This document shows, one piece after another, positions 37,832 through 48,312 of a stretch of DNA of 64,000 nt. The position numbers and the translations under genes are program-made. Positions within the stretch are counted from its first letter, which is position 1; every line of letters begins with the position of its first letter. The notes beneath the pieces are model-generated. The model ran no database searches, was not told where the DNA came from, and worked only from the letters and a program-made list of their open reading frames with translations. This DNA comes from Nitrosopumilus sp. (GTDB lineage Archaea; Thermoproteota; Nitrososphaeria; Nitrososphaerales; Nitrosopumilaceae), in contig OZ241981.1 in NCBI GenBank assembly GCA_965204345.1, positions 1,088,001 to 1,152,000 of the forward strand. Reading direction: 5' to 3'.

Positions 37832-39391
37832 TCAGAGATGTAAAATTCCATTTTTAATTAAAAATTCCAAAGCCTGAACAAATGTCTTATCATCTATTTG
37901 TCCTGCTGCCCACCATTGTGCATTATTTCTAATCCACTCAGGAATTTCTTTAGATTCTGAAGTCTCTTGTTGAGTTTGAGTAATCACGATTATGTTATTT
38001 TTAATTAAATATTCAATACCTTGAACAAACGTATTATCATCTATTTGTTCTTGAGACCACCACAATGCATTATTTCTAATCCATTCAGGAATTACAATGT
38101 CTTCATTTTCAACTGAGGCTCTATCTATTACAATAGGAAGTGTGGATGTTGCAAGATTATTGTTATCCAAGTTTTTAAAATTTAGCTCAACAATGCCTGA
38201 AATATTTTCAGGTATTAGAAATTCTACAACATTGTGTTCGTCTTTTAAATCAGTGCTAATGCCATTTTGTTCAAAAATAATTTTCTCATTTTGAGTCATT
38301 GAAAATTCATAATATGTTGCAACAGGCTTATTTTTTAAAAAAATATCAGTAATATCAAACAGTATTTTTGCATTTGCATTGGATTGTAAATTTTCAGGCT
38401 CCCAGGAAGCTAAAATTTGAAATTGCCCATTATCAGTTACAGAACTCAAATGAGTGTAATCACGATCTGGTTTAATAACAAAATTCATGCCTTTTTGGTT
38501 TGAATTATTATCAAAAATATTTTGTAACTCTTTTTGATATATTATAAAATGAACAACTCTCTCATCGGCAAAAAAATCATCAATATTTACAATGTCTTCA
38601 GATAATTTTATTCCATTGACATACATTGTAAAACCAGATACGAGTAAGTCGCCAAATTTCTTTGGAATTACAAGCTCTTCATGAACGACTGAAGTTTGAT
38701 CTATGTTTGATTGAGTCCAATCAAAAGGCATGAAAAAACTAATCTCTTTTGAATTGGAATCATACTTAAAATTTGAAATTTCATCATAGTAGGTTATAAC
38801 ATGAATATTTTGTTTGCCAAAGTTTGGATCAATAAAATCATGCTTGGATGTTTGAGCAATAGAAATACCAGCGTTGAAAACCAAAGGAATGTCCAATGTT
38901 TTAGAATACCCATCAGCTGCTAACACGCTAACATCTAACTTGTATAACCCGCCTTCACTAAGTTTAGGCCCTTTAACATGAACCATTCTGCTCTCAAATC
39001 CCAATAAAGAACTGAAAATATCAGTACTATTTTCTTCTTCTACAATTATAGAATCAGTCTCTTCAGATACAAAATTAAAAACTATGAATCCATTATCAGC
39101 CTTAAACTCTTGTTTGAATAGAAATTGTTCGCCTCTTTCTGATTTGATTAAAAATATAACATCACGTAAAGTAATTTGGGAATCAAAATCAATTAATGAA
39201 ATTGAGATTTGTTGATCATCGCTGGTATCAGGATCGCTTTTAGATGATGAAACTTCTAATGTTACAAGTTTTCCATCAAAAGTTACAGGAGGAAAGGTCT
39301 CACTCCCTACACCGTGACCATATGCATTATCAAATCCAACTAGTAACATACAAGAAAATATTAAAAGTGAATATAATGATAAATTTTTCAA
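37832..39391 (-). CDS. Secreted HGxG-family surface protein with C-terminal IPEW repeats (likely TTG start 39391; ORF open to 39484)
   Basis: Signal peptide AYG|HGVG; YYDEISNF, FDW, VVHEE, IPEWIRNNA twice. Confidence 0.82.
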   Translation of the reverse strand: MKNLSLYSLLIFSCMLLVGFDNAYGHGVGSETFPPVTFDGKLVTLEVSSSKSDPDTSDDQQISISLIDFDSQITLRDVIFLIKSERGEQFLFKQEFKADNGFIVFNFVSEETDSIIVEEENSTDIFSSLLGFESRMVHVKGPKLSEGGLYKLDVSVLAADGYSKTLDIPLVFNAGISIAQTSKHDFIDPNFGKQNIHVITYYDEISNFKYDSNSKEISFFMPFDWTQSNIDQTSVVHEELVIPKKFGDLLVSGFTMYVNGIKLSEDIVNIDDFFADERVVHFIIYQKELQNIFDNNSNQKGMNFVIKPDRDYTHLSSVTDNGQFQILASWEPENLQSNANAKILFDITDIFLKNKPVATYYEFSMTQNEKIIFEQNGISTDLKDEHNVVEFLIPENISGIVELNFKNLDNNNLATSTLPIVIDRASVENEDIVIPEWIRNNALWWSQEQIDDNTFVQGIEYLIKNNIIVITQTQQETSESKEIPEWIRNNAQWWAAGQIDDKTFVQALEFLIKNGILHL

Positions 39392-39392
39392 T

Positions 39393-39599
39393 CTATGTCC
39401 ACTTGCGAGGATCTTTTTTTTGAATTTCTTTTCCATCAATTGTAATGTGATCTTTTTCTTCAAAAACTGTATGCCATTTACCATTACTAGGAAAAATCTT
39501 GTTCATTTTTTCAACTTGATCATTAGTTGGTGCTTTATTCATTAAAGCTCCCCATCTCATATTTGGTATCTTTGGCATTATGTCATTGATGTCTTTCAT
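39393..39599 (-). CDS. Small conserved hypothetical protein
   Basis: 68-aa ORF filling the gap between two paralogous surface genes. Confidence 0.7.
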   Translation of the reverse strand: MKDINDIMPKIPNMRWGALMNKAPTNDQVEKMNKIFPSNGKWHTVFEEKDHITIDGKEIQKKDPRKWT

Positions 39600-39632
39600 T
39601 ATGATATCACTTTACAGAATTTGTTTAAAAAC

Positions 39633-41342
39633 CTATGATTGTACTCTCAGAATTCCTTTTTGAATCAAATATTGGATTCCCTGGACAAAAGAATCATCAT
39701 CAATTTGTCCTGCTGCCCACCATTCTGCGTTATTTTTAATCCAAGATGGAATATCATTTGAACCAGAACTAGTACCTGGAGTAGTTGAAGGAATCTTTAG
39801 AATATCGTTTTGAATCAAATATTGGATTCCCTGGACAAAAGAATCATCATCAATTTGTCCTGCTGCCCACCATTCTGCGTTATTTTTAATCCAAGATGGA
39901 ATGGCTGTTTTTTCAGGCACTAAAGGTGTTGTAGTTGTAGAACCGGGGCCAATTTCAATGATGGTAGAGCCAATTCCAGAATAGGTTGGATCATAGTCTA
40001 ATCCAGTGCCATAAACTAGAACATCTATACGAATTTGGCCTGCAGATGGAATATAGATTTCTTGAATATCCAATCCTTCAATTGACGCAATTCCTGGATT
40101 TGCAGAATCAACATCATCATTACGTGCTAGCTCATTATGAAATTCATCAAAAACAATATAAGCATATTTTATATCCTTGATTAGTTCCATATCATCATTA
40201 AAGAAAGCAAACTCAAATGGAATTTCTTGATTGGCACCATATTTTCCATCCCATGAAATGTTTACAGTTGTTGGAACTTGTTTTTCAAAGTTTGTAGTGT
40301 CTACTAGATAAAATTCAGTAGAACTTTTTGTTACTTCATCTAAGGGTACTAATTTTAAATTCATATTTTTATTATCATAATTATCAGGACCTAAAGTTTC
40401 ATTGATTTTTTCCAAGTCGCTTTTAGATACAAGAAAATGAATGACATTAGTATCGTCATAAGAATATGGATCATTTAACAAAGCCTTTTGACCAACTTCT
40501 ACACCATTGACATAACCTTTGAATTGTTTTCCTTCAGCATATGGTACAAAGGATTTTGGAACCCTCACTTCTTCGTGAACAACTTGAACCAGACTTACAT
40601 AATCAGGACTCCAATCAAAAGCCATATCAAAATTGATTGAGTTATCAGATGTGTCAAATTCAAAGTTTTCAACATCGTCATAATATGTTTTGACAACTAT
40701 GGGAACCTCTGCATTTGCTGTCTGAATGAAAAAGTCTTGTTCTTGAGCAACGCTAACAAAGGTATCATATGTTAATCTATCAGCAAGAACAGTTTTTGGA
40801 CTGGTTGCCGCTTCAATATCGATTTTAATGTTATACAATCCACCTTTATCAAAAATTGGGCCTGTGATTGTCGGTCTTGCACAAATATCCAAATTTTCAT
40901 CAGTACATGATTGACCCTGAACAAATAATGCACCAGGTGCACTCACATGCTCAGAACCGCCATAAGTTGTACATTTCCAAAGTTCAGACTCATCACAATC
41001 AAGTTCTGGACGAATTTCTACATCTAAACGTCCATCTAGATCATAAAAGAGATTTCTTGCAAGCAGATCTCCACTTCGCCAAACCTCAACTCTGTATGTG
41101 ACTTTTTCTAAACTAATATCAGTCAAAGTATCAAAAAATCTAATTTTCATATTAATATCATCAATGTCTCCAATGGTAATATCAGATGGATCTAAATCGG
41201 TACGAACTGTTACCTCCATATCACCAAAACTAATGGGTTCGGCTTGGTCTCCTCCAAGTCCATGTGCAAATGCATTTGGAAGAATTGCAGGAATGGTAAA
41301 AATACCAGCAATTACAATTAGCAATGCAAACTTGTTATTCAA
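39633..41342 (-). CDS. Secreted HGxG-family surface protein with duplicated IPSW repeat
   Basis: Signal peptide AFA|HGLGGD; [16 protein letters not shown]; [12 protein letters not shown] twice. Confidence 0.85.
   Translation of the reverse strand: MNNKFALLIVIAGIFTIPAILPNAFAHGLGGDQAEPISFGDMEVTVRTDLDPSDITIGDIDDINMKIRFFDTLTDISLEKVTYRVEVWRSGDLLARNLFYDLDGRLDVEIRPELDCDESELWKCTTYGGSEHVSAPGALFVQGQSCTDENLDICARPTITGPIFDKGGLYNIKIDIEAATSPKTVLADRLTYDTFVSVAQEQDFFIQTANAEVPIVVKTYYDDVENFEFDTSDNSINFDMAFDWSPDYVSLVQVVHEEVRVPKSFVPYAEGKQFKGYVNGVEVGQKALLNDPYSYDDTNVIHFLVSKSDLEKINETLGPDNYDNKNMNLKLVPLDEVTKSSTEFYLVDTTNFEKQVPTTVNISWDGKYGANQEIPFEFAFFNDDMELIKDIKYAYIVFDEFHNELARNDDVDSANPGIASIEGLDIQEIYIPSAGQIRIDVLVYGTGLDYDPTYSGIGSTIIEIGPGSTTTTPLVPEKTAIPSWIKNNAEWWAAGQIDDDSFVQGIQYLIQNDILKIPSTTPGTSSGSNDIPSWIKNNAEWWAAGQIDDDSFVQGIQYLIQKGILRVQS
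39658..39902. repeat. Identical 95-bp direct repeat (39658-39752 and 39808-39902)
   Basis: Nucleotide-identical copies 150 bp apart encoding [31 protein letters not shown]. Confidence 0.92.
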
Positions 41343-41453
41343 TACAAAAGTTGTATTAATTCCATATTTAAAGATGGTATTGTATTTCTATGCGTGATAA
41401 TTTTTTTAGGAATAGAGAGTACAATTTTTATTTATGAATTTTAGAATTGGAAT

Positions 41454-42269
41454 ATGAAAATGTTATTGGCGGTATTATTAATTCCACTGTTAATTATTCC
41501 AGCATTTGCTGAATCTCAGACTTTATCTACAGATAAGGGAACGCTCGATGTTAAACTCACATATGATGCAATTGAGCCAAACACTCAAACTAAAATAAAT
41601 ATTGATTTTATCAATCCTCAAACACAAAAAATTCAAGAGCATATTGATTATACAATATCTGTTTCAAAAGAGAATGAAAGGGTTTTTGGTCCCATACCAT
41701 TAACCCATACATCTGTGGGTTCTGTTAAAATTCCAATTGAATTTAATCTTGGAGAAGGGATTTATACAATGGACTTTGAGATTGAAGGAATTTTATTTCA
41801 ACCACTTCCAACTGAAACGGTTTCATTTGATATTACAGTAGGAGATGCCTTTGCCCAACTGCCAGCTAATCAAAATCCAACAGATAATGATAATGGAGGA
41901 TGTTTGATTGCAACGGCTGCATATGGTTCTGAAATGGCACCACAGGTTCAGCAATTAAGAGAAATTAGAGACAATACAATTCTAAAAACAAATTCAGGAA
42001 CAGCATTTATGACGTCATTTAATCAGTTTTATTATTCATTTTCTCCAGTGATTGCGGATTTTCAGAGAGAGCAGCCAATTTTTAAAGAATTTATGAAAAT
42101 AATATTAATTCCAATGTTATCATCACTGTCTTTGTTAAACTATGTAGATATTGATTCAGAAAGGGAAATGCTTGGATATGGTATTTCTATCGTTTTGCTC
42201 AATATAGGAATGTATATTGGAATTCCAGTATTTGGCATTCTAAAATTGCACCAACACAGAAGAAACTGA
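41454..42269 (+). CDS. Secreted protein with CFI-box-CTERM-like domain
   Basis: Signal peptide; QEHIDY, THT; GGCLIATAAYGSEMAPQVQQLREIRD...FNQFYYSFSP; C-terminal TM. Confidence 0.85.
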   Translation: MKMLLAVLLIPLLIIPAFAESQTLSTDKGTLDVKLTYDAIEPNTQTKINIDFINPQTQKIQEHIDYTISVSKENERVFGPIPLTHTSVGSVKIPIEFNLGEGIYTMDFEIEGILFQPLPTETVSFDITVGDAFAQLPANQNPTDNDNGGCLIATAAYGSEMAPQVQQLREIRDNTILKTNSGTAFMTSFNQFYYSFSPVIADFQREQPIFKEFMKIILIPMLSSLSLLNYVDIDSEREMLGYGISIVLLNIGMYIGIPVFGILKLHQHRRN

Positions 42270-42326
42270 TTCTGTCTCTAGAAACCACAGTGGGGTTTTT
42301 ATGTATCTTAACAGGTAATTTCTCTA

Positions 42327-43259
42327 ATGAAGACTAAAGCACTTAGCTCTTTCTTCGTACTATTTGCTATTGCAGCAGGTATTGTCACAATGACAGCACC
42401 AACTGCTGTTTTTGCAGATCACTCAGAGGTAACAGTTGAAGCCGCAGCAGGTTCTGGCTTTTCTGGTTGTCAAGACACCCCAGAAGGATGTTACATACCA
42501 AGTACAGCAACAGTTGATGTAGGTGGTGTTGTGATATTTTCAAACACTGATAGCGCAGCACATACATTCACATCAGGTGTTGCAGAAGATGCTGATTCAG
42601 TAGGTGCCATATTTGACTCTGGTCTAGTAATAACTGGAAATTCATTTGAATGGAATCCAACTGAAGTAGGTGAAGTACCTTATTTTTGCATAGTTCATCC
42701 TTGGATGGAAGCTATGATTATAGTACAAGAAGTAGGAGATGGAGACAAAGCAGCAGACGATCATGGTGACGATCATGGTGACGATCATGGTGACGATCAT
42801 GGTGACGATAACGGTAAAATGATGCAGGGCATGGAAAAAGATGATGCAGCTGCAACCGGAATGTTATCTGATGGTACAGTGGTTTCAATATGGACTTCTA
42901 CACCAACAGCAGATGAAATGATGGAAATCTCCATCGAATTTGCCGATGCAGAGCATGTGAATTATGATATTAGGGCAACCCAAGATGGTCAGGAACTATT
43001 GACTGATATTGGAGCACATAATCATAATGGCGTAGCTAAACATACAACAGATCGAATGTTGAGTTCTGATCCAGTAGACATCACTGTTACCTTCCAAGGT
43101 TATGGTGTTGATGATCCTAAAATAGGACCAATCGGTGAAGAAGTTGTATTCTCAAACGTTGTTCCAGAATTTGGTACAATCGCAATGATGATACTAGCTG
43201 TTGCAATCATAAGCATCGTAGCAGTAACTGCAAAATCTAGAGTCGTTCCAAGATTTTAG
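42327..43259 (+). CDS. Plastocyanin/azurin-family blue copper protein with His-rich linker and PEFG-CTERM anchor
   Basis: AAHTFTSG and YFCIVHPWM type-1 Cu ligands; (DDHG)4; VVPEFG + TM + basic tail. Confidence 0.92.
   Translation: MKTKALSSFFVLFAIAAGIVTMTAPTAVFADHSEVTVEAAAGSGFSGCQDTPEGCYIPSTATVDVGGVVIFSNTDSAAHTFTSGVAEDADSVGAIFDSGLVITGNSFEWNPTEVGEVPYFCIVHPWMEAMIIVQEVGDGDKAADDHGDDHGDDHGDDHGDDNGKMMQGMEKDDAAATGMLSDGTVVSIWTSTPTADEMMEISIEFADAEHVNYDIRATQDGQELLTDIGAHNHNGVAKHTTDRMLSSDPVDITVTFQGYGVDDPKIGPIGEEVVFSNVVPEFGTIAMMILAVAIISIVAVTAKSRVVPRF
42756..42809 (+). repeat. 12-bp coding tandem repeat GACGATCATGGT x4.5 (DDHG)
   Basis: Read directly from the sequence. Confidence 0.9.
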
Positions 43260-43273
43260 GAATTCCTCTTTTT

Positions 43274-43909
43274 CTATTTTCTTTTTACTAGAGATATTAT
43301 TGCTAGAATAATAGCTGCTGCTGCAATGGACAGTCCAAGTATTGCAAAGTCATAAGATGCGCCATCATTAGAGGTAACTTTGGTTTCTCCAGATTCTAAG
43401 CTGGATACATCTTGTTGTAAGGAAGCGATTGCATTTTTTAGTGCTCCAATATCAGCATTACCACTACCCGTGGTTGGTGGAAAGTCTAAAACTGCTGTAG
43501 GCTCTACATCCTCAACGGGTATTTTTACATCAATAGAGACATCATCGAGTTCGCCCTTGAGTTCTACAGTATAACTTCCGGTTCTTGTTGGAATTATTGA
43601 CGAAAAATAATATCCAGGTCTAGGATCAGAATTGACATCAATTTTTTTAGCGGCGCCGCCAAACATCACAGTGGCATCTACATTTTTAAAAACGCTAGTA
43701 ACTCCTTTATGAGTTCCTTCGGTTGGTCCAGGCTCTATAATTTTGAAAACAAGATCATTTCGTATTCCTACTACAGGAGGCTCAATTGCCCATCCTACTT
43801 CAATTTCATACTGCTCAACATGTACAGTGGTATGCGCAAATGATGGAGCAATCATGCCAACTGAAAACAATAAAACAACAAGGCCCAAAAATGCTATCTT
43901 CACGACCAT
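43274..43909 (-). CDS. Membrane-anchored secreted protein with mature N-terminal His (YcnI/CopC-neighbour type)
   Basis: MVVKIAF...PSFA|HTTVH...VGWAIEPP; C-terminal TM + KRK; ORF open to 44041 but overlaps the divergent gene. Confidence 0.78.
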   Translation of the reverse strand: MVVKIAFLGLVVLLFSVGMIAPSFAHTTVHVEQYEIEVGWAIEPPVVGIRNDLVFKIIEPGPTEGTHKGVTSVFKNVDATVMFGGAAKKIDVNSDPRPGYYFSSIIPTRTGSYTVELKGELDDVSIDVKIPVEDVEPTAVLDFPPTTGSGNADIGALKNAIASLQQDVSSLESGETKVTSNDGASYDFAILGLSIAAAAIILAIISLVKRK

Positions 43910-44004
43910 GATTGGAGAATTGCAGGTTATTATCTTTATGTAAATTGGTACAAATTTAGAAAAATGTAAACTGTTTAAATTGTCATAAATGATCTTATCA
44001 ACAA

Positions 44005-46779
44005 ATGAGAAAATTTCTAATGATTGTACTAGTTTTATCATTTATTTCAATTCCAGTTGCAGCAGCACATCCATTTACAGAAGAAACAATTCCAAATTCA
44101 TCATCTAATGCACCAATAGGCACATCAGAAATAATGGTATATTTTTCAGAACCGGTGGATATCAACTTCAGTGAAATCAAAGTTTTTGATAATAATGGCA
44201 ATCAGATAGATAACAAAGATACAAACTATCATGAAGGAGAATTATCATTAATAGTTACTACGGCTCCATTAGATGAAGGAGTTTATACTGTAGCTGTAAA
44301 AGTTCTCTCAAAAGTTGATGGTCATCTAGTCCCAAGTGCATTCGTGTTTGGGGTAGGCGATGTTATCGTTAAGAATATTGAATCGCCAAAAATTGAGCAA
44401 GAAATTATATTCTTGCCAGAAGCAGGTGCAAGATTTCCGGGAATTTTAGGTCAAACTATTGTTTTAGGGGCAGTAATTGCATCATTAATTATTTGGGGAA
44501 CACAAAACAAGCATCTGATCAGAGAGGAACTAGATAAAGTGGAGAATTTCCATCATGGGAAGTTCATGTCAATTACCGGTGTTGGATTAATGCTTGTATT
44601 TATTTCAGATATTCTAATGATTGTAGTTCAAACAGTAAGATTGGAAGCATTTCCGCTTGAGATAATTCAGACGTACTTTGGAACAGTTTGGCTTGCTAGG
44701 ATGATTATTACAATAATTCTACTTGGAATTTGGTTTGGTATGGATAGGAAAAAAATTCTATCAAAGAGAAACCAAATTCCAATGCTTGTTGTGTCTCTAG
44801 TGTTAATTGCAACTTCTACTTTGATAGGTCACGGGGCAGCAAGCGAACAGATTGGTGCAGTAATACTAGACTATATTCATAATTTGGTTGCGGCAGTTTG
44901 GATTGGTGGAATCATATACTTTGTTTTCACATTACTTCCAACATTTTCACAGCTAAAAGATGCAGATAAAGAAAAAATGAGTTTGGTAATGATTCCAAGA
45001 TTTTCCATTGCGTTTATTATCTCAGTTGGTATTGTAATTATTACAGGACCAACATTAATGTGGTTCTTAGAGACAGATATACGGTTGATCACCGAGTCTG
45101 TATTTGGTCAGTTAATTATTCTGAAAATTGCAATTGCGACAATCATGGTAGGTTTGGGGGGATATTTTCAGCTCAAAGTGCAGAAAAATGCAGAAAAAAG
45201 CTTTTCATCAGGTAAAATTTCAATTCACAAAAAACTACGCAAATCTCTCAAGGCGGATGCAATATTGGGAATTATTCTTCTAGGGGTTGTGGCATTGCTA
45301 ACTAATGGTACATTGCCTGCAGGAGAAATCCAAAAAGTCGATGCGCAAGAAATAGTATATGGATTCAAGACTATTGAATTCTCAGAAAATGCAAAATTCG
45401 ATATTGACATATCTCCATTTTCTAGTGGAACAAATACAATTCTAGTTAAAGTGAGGGATTTTGAAGGAAATCAGCTTTATGATTCAGAACAGATTCAAGT
45501 AAAGATATCTAATCCATCAAAGAATATCTCTCCGATTGAAATTCCAGTGTCAATAAAGAATCCCTCAGATCCTATTGAATTCCAAGGTGAATTAACATTT
45601 GGGTTTTCAGGAGAGTGGTTAGTAGAAATCGAAGCTCAGAGGACTGAGAATGCTAATGAATCAATAGTTTTGAATTTATTTGTAAAACCTAGATTAAATG
45701 ATATAAAAACTCAAATTATTGAATACGAATTGCCCGAAGATGCAAAGCCATTATTCTCCGTATATGATGGAAGTGATTCCTTGTGGATTAGTGATGCGTC
45801 TGCACCACGCATTTGGCAATTCTCTCTTCAAACAAATGAATTTTCTTCATATTCATTTGATGGATTAGCAACTACATTTTTGACACAAGATAGTAATGGA
45901 AGAATTTGGTTTACTGACACACCAAGAAATCAAATTGGATTTATAGACATTAAAACAAAAGAAGTTACAACTAAGACTATTCCAAAACTAGATCCAGTAA
46001 TTTCAGAGAATTCGCCTCTATTTATCAAGGCAGACTTTGAGAACAACATATGGATTACAATTGTCAATAAAGACAGAATTGTAAAATATGTGCCAGAACA
46101 AGATACGTTTGAAGAGATAATTCTTCCAGATAAGCAGTCATTGCCATTTGCATTAGCCCTTGATGAAGATGGTAAGGTCTGGTATTCAGCAACAGGAGTT
46201 GGCAAGATTGGATATATTGATCCTAAAAATAATCATCTGACACAAATTTCTACTGAGACAGTATTGGAGGCACCAGAGGCTCTCCTATTTGATGATGATG
46301 GAAACCTATGGATTGCCGAACATTCGGGCTTGGCAATCACTAGATTTAATCCAGTTTTAGAGACGTTTGAAAAAGTATCGGTACCTGATAGTGAGGCATT
46401 ACCATTTGGTATGACATTTGACAGATATGGAAATGTTTGGTTTGCACAACATACGGTAGATAGTTTAGGAGTTTATGATCCAGATAACAATGATTTATTA
46501 GAAATTCCAATTCCAACTGAAACATCATTTGTTCAATTTATGACATCTGATGGAAACAACAACGTATGGTTTGTTGAACAGCAATCAAATAAAATTGGAA
46601 CAGTAAAGATGACCGAAATTCCAGTAAGTATTTCACAAATAGAGACGTCAAGTAAGGTAAAGATCAAATATACCGAACTTGCATCACCACTAATTGCGTT
46701 AGGGATTATTGCAACATCTCTATTTTATGTGAAAAGTATTCAGGATAAAAGAAGATTGAATTCACTGATTAATTCTTAG
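44005..46779 (+). CDS. CopC-CopD-Ig-like-Vgb-type beta-propeller fusion (copper uptake/resistance)
   Basis: AAA|HPF...FSEPV...SKVDGH (CopC); GHGAA, HNLVAAVWIGG (CopD); repeated GRIWFT/GNLWIAE/GNVWFA blades; C-terminal TM. Confidence 0.9.
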   Translation: MRKFLMIVLVLSFISIPVAAAHPFTEETIPNSSSNAPIGTSEIMVYFSEPVDINFSEIKVFDNNGNQIDNKDTNYHEGELSLIVTTAPLDEGVYTVAVKVLSKVDGHLVPSAFVFGVGDVIVKNIESPKIEQEIIFLPEAGARFPGILGQTIVLGAVIASLIIWGTQNKHLIREELDKVENFHHGKFMSITGVGLMLVFISDILMIVVQTVRLEAFPLEIIQTYFGTVWLARMIITIILLGIWFGMDRKKILSKRNQIPMLVVSLVLIATSTLIGHGAASEQIGAVILDYIHNLVAAVWIGGIIYFVFTLLPTFSQLKDADKEKMSLVMIPRFSIAFIISVGIVIITGPTLMWFLETDIRLITESVFGQLIILKIAIATIMVGLGGYFQLKVQKNAEKSFSSGKISIHKKLRKSLKADAILGIILLGVVALLTNGTLPAGEIQKVDAQEIVYGFKTIEFSENAKFDIDISPFSSGTNTILVKVRDFEGNQLYDSEQIQVKISNPSKNISPIEIPVSIKNPSDPIEFQGELTFGFSGEWLVEIEAQRTENANESIVLNLFVKPRLNDIKTQIIEYELPEDAKPLFSVYDGSDSLWISDASAPRIWQFSLQTNEFSSYSFDGLATTFLTQDSNGRIWFTDTPRNQIGFIDIKTKEVTTKTIPKLDPVISENSPLFIKADFENNIWITIVNKDRIVKYVPEQDTFEEIILPDKQSLPFALALDEDGKVWYSATGVGKIGYIDPKNNHLTQISTETVLEAPEALLFDDDGNLWIAEHSGLAITRFNPVLETFEKVSVPDSEALPFGMTFDRYGNVWFAQHTVDSLGVYDPDNNDLLEIPIPTETSFVQFMTSDGNNNVWFVEQQSNKIGTVKMTEIPVSISQIETSSKVKIKYTELASPLIALGIIATSLFYVKSIQDKRRLNSLINS

Positions 46780-47587
46780 ATAGCAATCCTGCCGACTTTA
46801 TTCCCATAGTTCCTGCAAGTAAAGCAATTGATAATAAAACAATAGTTCCTGCAGGAGTAATATCAAATATGTAAGAAATCAAAATTCCCACTATGACTGA
46901 AAATATTGAAAAACTCATTGAAATTATTGCAGTTTGCTTGAATCCTTTACCATACATTATTGCAGTAACATTAGGAATTACAAACAGGGCTGAAATTAAT
47001 AATACGCCTACAAGTTGAATTGAGGTTACTACGGTAAGTCCTGCCATAAACACTAACAAATAATTTATTTTTTCTACTGGGATCCCACTAACCTTAGCTT
47101 GCTCTTCATTAAACGTAGAGTAAAGAATTTGCCTGTACAGAATCAAGATTATAATTAGAATAGATCCAGTTAATGCTAAAATTAAGACAGTATCATTTAC
47201 ACTAACAAGTAGAATACTCCCAAAAAGAAAACTGAAAATATCAATAGTGAAACCACCTGACAAACCAATGATTACGAGCCCGATTGCTATGCCTGAAGAC
47301 AGTAACACTGCAATGGAAGCATCTCCGGATATGTTGTATCTATCCTTGACTTTTGTGATAATTAAGGCACTGGCTATTGAAACTCCATATGCTGTCCATA
47401 ATGGATAAACGCCAGCTAGTAATCCCAATGCAATTCCACCAAAAGATGAATGGGCAATTGCATCACCAAATAACGAATAACGCCTTAATACCAAAAATAA
47501 TCCAACAACAGAGCATAAAATTGCAATTGTAATTCCAGAAATTAGTGCCCTATGCATAAAACCAAATGATAGAATTTCAAGAGACAT
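46769..47587 (-). CDS. znuB: Zn/Mn ABC transporter permease
   Basis: GDAIAHSSFGG, FLFGSIL, VGVLLISALFVIP. Confidence 0.9.
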   Translation of the reverse strand: MSLEILSFGFMHRALISGITIAILCSVVGLFLVLRRYSLFGDAIAHSSFGGIALGLLAGVYPLWTAYGVSIASALIITKVKDRYNISGDASIAVLLSSGIAIGLVIIGLSGGFTIDIFSFLFGSILLVSVNDTVLILALTGSILIIILILYRQILYSTFNEEQAKVSGIPVEKINYLLVFMAGLTVVTSIQLVGVLLISALFVIPNVTAIMYGKGFKQTAIISMSFSIFSVIVGILISYIFDITPAGTIVLLSIALLAGTMGIKSAGLLSKN

Positions 47588-47589
47588 GA

Positions 47590-48312
47590 TTAATGATGGT
47601 GCATGTGTTCCTGCATGGATGCTTCAGAATATTGTTTTACTAATTCATCATCAGAAAAGAATTTTTCAGATTCGCCATGAAAAAATAAAGTTCTGTTTAA
47701 ACATGCGACATGGTTTGCTAGTTGCTTGACTGCATCTAAATCATGAGAAGACCAAATGATGGTAATTTTTTGTTTAGAATTTAGTTCACGTAAGATACTA
47801 TAAAATAATTCTATACTTTGTTGATCAATACCGGTAACGGGTTCATCTAAAATCAAAATTTTTGGATTATTTACTAAAGCTTTTGCAATAAAGACACGTT
47901 GCTGTTGTCCTCCGGAAAGTTCGCCTATTCGTCTATTACGAAGTTCGTGAATCCATAATTGCTGTAAAATTTCATCAATTTTGTTTTCATCAGATTCTTT
48001 TCTTAATCCCATTCTCACAACATCGCTAACTGTCACCGGAAAATTTTTCTCAAAGATTGGTTTTTGTGGCACATATCCAAGATCCTTAAGGTAGCTTTTT
48101 GAATTTTTTATATCCTCATCAAAAAATTTGATAGTACCTTTGTATTTTGTATATAGTCCAAGCATAGAAGCAAAAAGTGTGGATTTTCCTGCACCGTTAG
48201 GACCAATTATGCCTAAAAAATCACCTAGATTAACTGTCAAGTTGACATTATCTAGAGCCTTAACATCAGGATATTGTACTGTCAAGTTGGTAATTTCAAG
48301 AGCATTCAACAC
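47590..48312 (-). CDS. znuC: Zn/Mn ABC transporter ATPase
   Basis: GPNGAGKST, YVPQ, LSGGQQQR, LDEP, SHD, His-rich C-terminus. Confidence 0.9.
   Translation of the reverse strand: MLNALEITNLTVQYPDVKALDNVNLTVNLGDFLGIIGPNGAGKSTLFASMLGLYTKYKGTIKFFDEDIKNSKSYLKDLGYVPQKPIFEKNFPVTVSDVVRMGLRKESDENKIDEILQQLWIHELRNRRIGELSGGQQQRVFIAKALVNNPKILILDEPVTGIDQQSIELFYSILRELNSKQKITIIWSSHDLDAVKQLANHVACLNRTLFFHGESEKFFSDDELVKQYSEASMQEHMHHH

Noticed and set aside
35661-41342. Calling the IPxW-repeat proteins peptidases
   Set aside because: No HExxH or Ser/Cys protease motif seen; the shared part is only the C-terminal module
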